Shown here piece after piece: positions 61,830 through 64,000 of a stretch of 64,000 bases of DNA. The stretch is from positions 89,466,001 to 89,530,000 of the forward strand of contig CM059433.1 in NCBI GenBank assembly GCA_030390025.1. The letters are read 5' to 3'. The stretch's first letter is position 1, and each line of letters starts with the position of its first letter. A model generated the notes under the pieces. That model saw only the letters and a list, made by a program, of their open reading frames with translations, made no database searches and was not told the origin of the DNA. The DNA comes from Squalus acanthias (lineage: Eukaryota). The position numbers were made by a program, and so were the translations under genes.

Positions 61830-62060
61830 CCCCATTGCATCAATCTTGTTTTAAAGATGGGGTGCTCAAAACTATCCACAATTCCAAATATGCCCTCACC
61901 AGTGATCTACATAAGGTTAAAAGAACCTGTTACAGCTTAGAGTCAAACAGCTTTGTGATGCATCCCACAATGTGATTAGCTTTGTTGATAAGTTCACATT
62001 GACTGATTATTTTTAATGAATGGTCAATAATCATGTCATGGTCAACTGTGTGAAATGATA
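61830..62060 (-). mobile_element. Old CR1 fragment
   Basis: INKANHIVGCI and an LVRAYLELWIVLSTP segment (degenerate LVRPHLEY..Q.W.P). Confidence 0.55.
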
Positions 62061-62368
62061 GATTCACAAATGAGATATTTTCAGTCAGATAATCAATATT
62101 TTCACGTTGCATTTTGAAACAAATATATATCACTGCAGTATGATAACATCTTATCTGCAGCTTATGCTTTCAGGAAAATTAATATTGCTGATGATTCTGG
62201 ATACGTGAGCGTGAAGTACAAGAAAAGTACAAAAACAAATTGCCAGAATTCAAAAAACTGTACAGACAGGAACAGTGTAATCGTGGGGCCAATCCTGGTC
62301 TGTTTGTTATTCTCAGGGCAAAGGTAAATGTGAGTTCTAAGTGGTGGAATGGCAGGAGAAAACACCAT

Positions 62369-63660
62369 GGGGCAGAAATTCCATTCCCTACGGGTCTGTA
62401 CACGCTGTGTACTCACCCGTAGGACCAACGGAAATGCCGGTTTTAGGCATGCACTGCGCATGCGCTGGAAACCGGCATTTCCGATCTGTCAAGAAAGCTC
62501 TTGACAGATCCTCCGCCTGCCCGGGCCTCTGTGGGTGGAGAGTTCTGTTTTTTGGAGACCCTCCGCCCGCAGAAAACACTTAGGGGGAAAAATTCAGTGG
62601 CGCCCCATTTGGGGCGCAAATATCGTCCGGGCGCAAAAATTAGCACCTGGCGCTAATTATCGCCACTGACTGGAAACTTCACTTTTAACGCCCCGGGAGG
62701 TGAGTGGAGCGCTAAATCAGGCGCTGCACACCTGTCTTAAGGCGCAAAGGCCGAGCAGTGAGGCGCTAACTCAGAGCGCTGGCGAAGCTCATGTAATGTC
62801 AGTCAGCAATGGAACACACACACAATGGCACGGGCCAGTTCTTAAAGGGGATGGTTAATCTTGCTTTCCATCCACATCCTACTCATTGCAGCCTTGAATC
62901 TCGGCCTGGAGAGACTTGCACATCAAATGTGCTGGAAAGAACAATGGAGAGTACCAGGCAAAGAGCTCAGAGTGCAGCCCACACAGTCTCTGCTAAATCA
63001 ATACAAGGAATGGAAAATCAAAATGAACCTGCAAAGTGCTGCTCAGTACCCAAAACTCCTTCACACAACGTTGAATCTCTCCAAAAGTCTCTCCCTCTCT
63101 CTCTCAGAATGCGTAGTTCAAAAATGGCACCAACAATAAAAGGCAGGAAGCGGTCACCTTTAAATAGCGCTCCCCCTTTCCCTTCATGACTGCAGAACGC
63201 TCCCCTCAACCTGTCGTTGCTAGCGTCAGGCGGTAAGGCAGGGGGCGCCACTCAATATCCGCTCCGGGGCGATACCGGGGCGTTGCACACTCGAGTGACG
63301 TCATGATCTGCCGGCGCAGGAGATCGTGGCGGTAGTGTTTAGCGCCGCCGCAAAATGTCTAGTTAATTTCGCGAGCGGCGCAAACTTCGCCGCGCCCCAT
63401 TAACGCCCTCTTAAGGCGCTAACGGGAGGCGCAACCAACTGAATTTTTCCCCCTTACAATTCTTGTGCCTGGTAAAAGCTTGTGCCTGGACGCTGCGATC
63501 CGCCTGCGCCTCTGGGATACGCGTGCCCTGCACACCGGCAGTTTGGAGAGGCCCAGCAACGGAACTCTGCGTCTCCCGGGAGCCCTCCGGTCTAGGCACA
63601 GATTTTTTCCAGATCGCAGCCCTCCGCCCGTGGGAGGCCTGCGAACGGAATTTCTGGGCC
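62369..63660. mobile_element. Non-autonomous Harbinger-type element (family A, internally deleted) hosting a nested element
   Basis: TIRs GGGGCAGAAATTCC / GGAATTTCTGGGCC; TSD CAT (62366-62368, 63661-63663); homologous to 2828-3570 in reverse. Confidence 0.9.
62583..63453. mobile_element. Non-autonomous deletion derivative of the 57478-61770 Harbinger family
   Basis: Perfect 16-bp TIRs GGGGGAAAAATTCAGT / ACTGAATTTTTCCCCC; TSD TTA; first ~195 bp nearly identical to 57478-57672; right end homologous to 61330-61770. Confidence 0.95.
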
Positions 63661-63785
63661 CATACGATTATATGACAATGTTTAGTACTGCTCTAGACAT
63701 TTCCCAAAAATAGGAATAAAATAATACTGGCAAAATGTTTTTGAAAAGGCCAACTGGTTGAAGTTTTTTTGTTGAATGCAAGCTT

Positions 63786-64000
63786 GGGCCTAGAAATTTG
63801 ACCCCCCCAGCACCTTTTTTTCGGGTGCTAAACAGCCTCCTAAGCCTCCAATAGGCAGGAAGTGCATGTCAGCATATTGGTGTAGGCAAAAATCTGGCCG
63901 TCCAATCCCATGCCTGAAAGAGACATTAGTCCCTTTGCATATTCAAATAATATCGAGCTGGGCTGGCTGCGTTCAGGAAAACCAGGTCTACATGTGGCCT
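63786..64000. mobile_element. Start of another Harbinger-type element running off the window
   Basis: TIR-like GGGCCTAGAAATTT followed by GC-rich subterminal sequence and a TTTGCATAT motif. Confidence 0.45.

Overview
Repeat-dense vertebrate DNA, most likely from a cartilaginous fish (shark-type CR1 and L2 LINEs, DeuSINE/SacSINE1-like and other tRNA-derived SINEs). It reads as intergenic or large-intron sequence and no host gene can be named. PIF/Harbinger DNA transposons dominate. One full-length two-gene element (57478-61770) has TIRs, a 3-bp TSD, an apparently intact 3-exon Myb/SANT gene on + and a DDE transposase on - with a single in-frame TGA. About ten non-autonomous Harbinger elements/MITEs with 3-bp TSDs are also present, several nested in CR1 copies or in each other, plus older Harbinger gene relics. 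Other content: a short-LTR Gypsy retrotransposon with a tRNA-Ser PBS and a deleted integrase core (34526-38391), many CR1/L2 fragments, a 31-bp minisatellite grown out of a SINE tail, a 54-bp intronic minisatellite, and a weak chain of phase-compatible candidate + strand exons. I found no clearly new system. The most promising leads are the Harbinger target-site preference, the subterminal motif arrays and the deletion derivatives that keep both inward-facing promoters. All calls were made by eye; no database searches were run.
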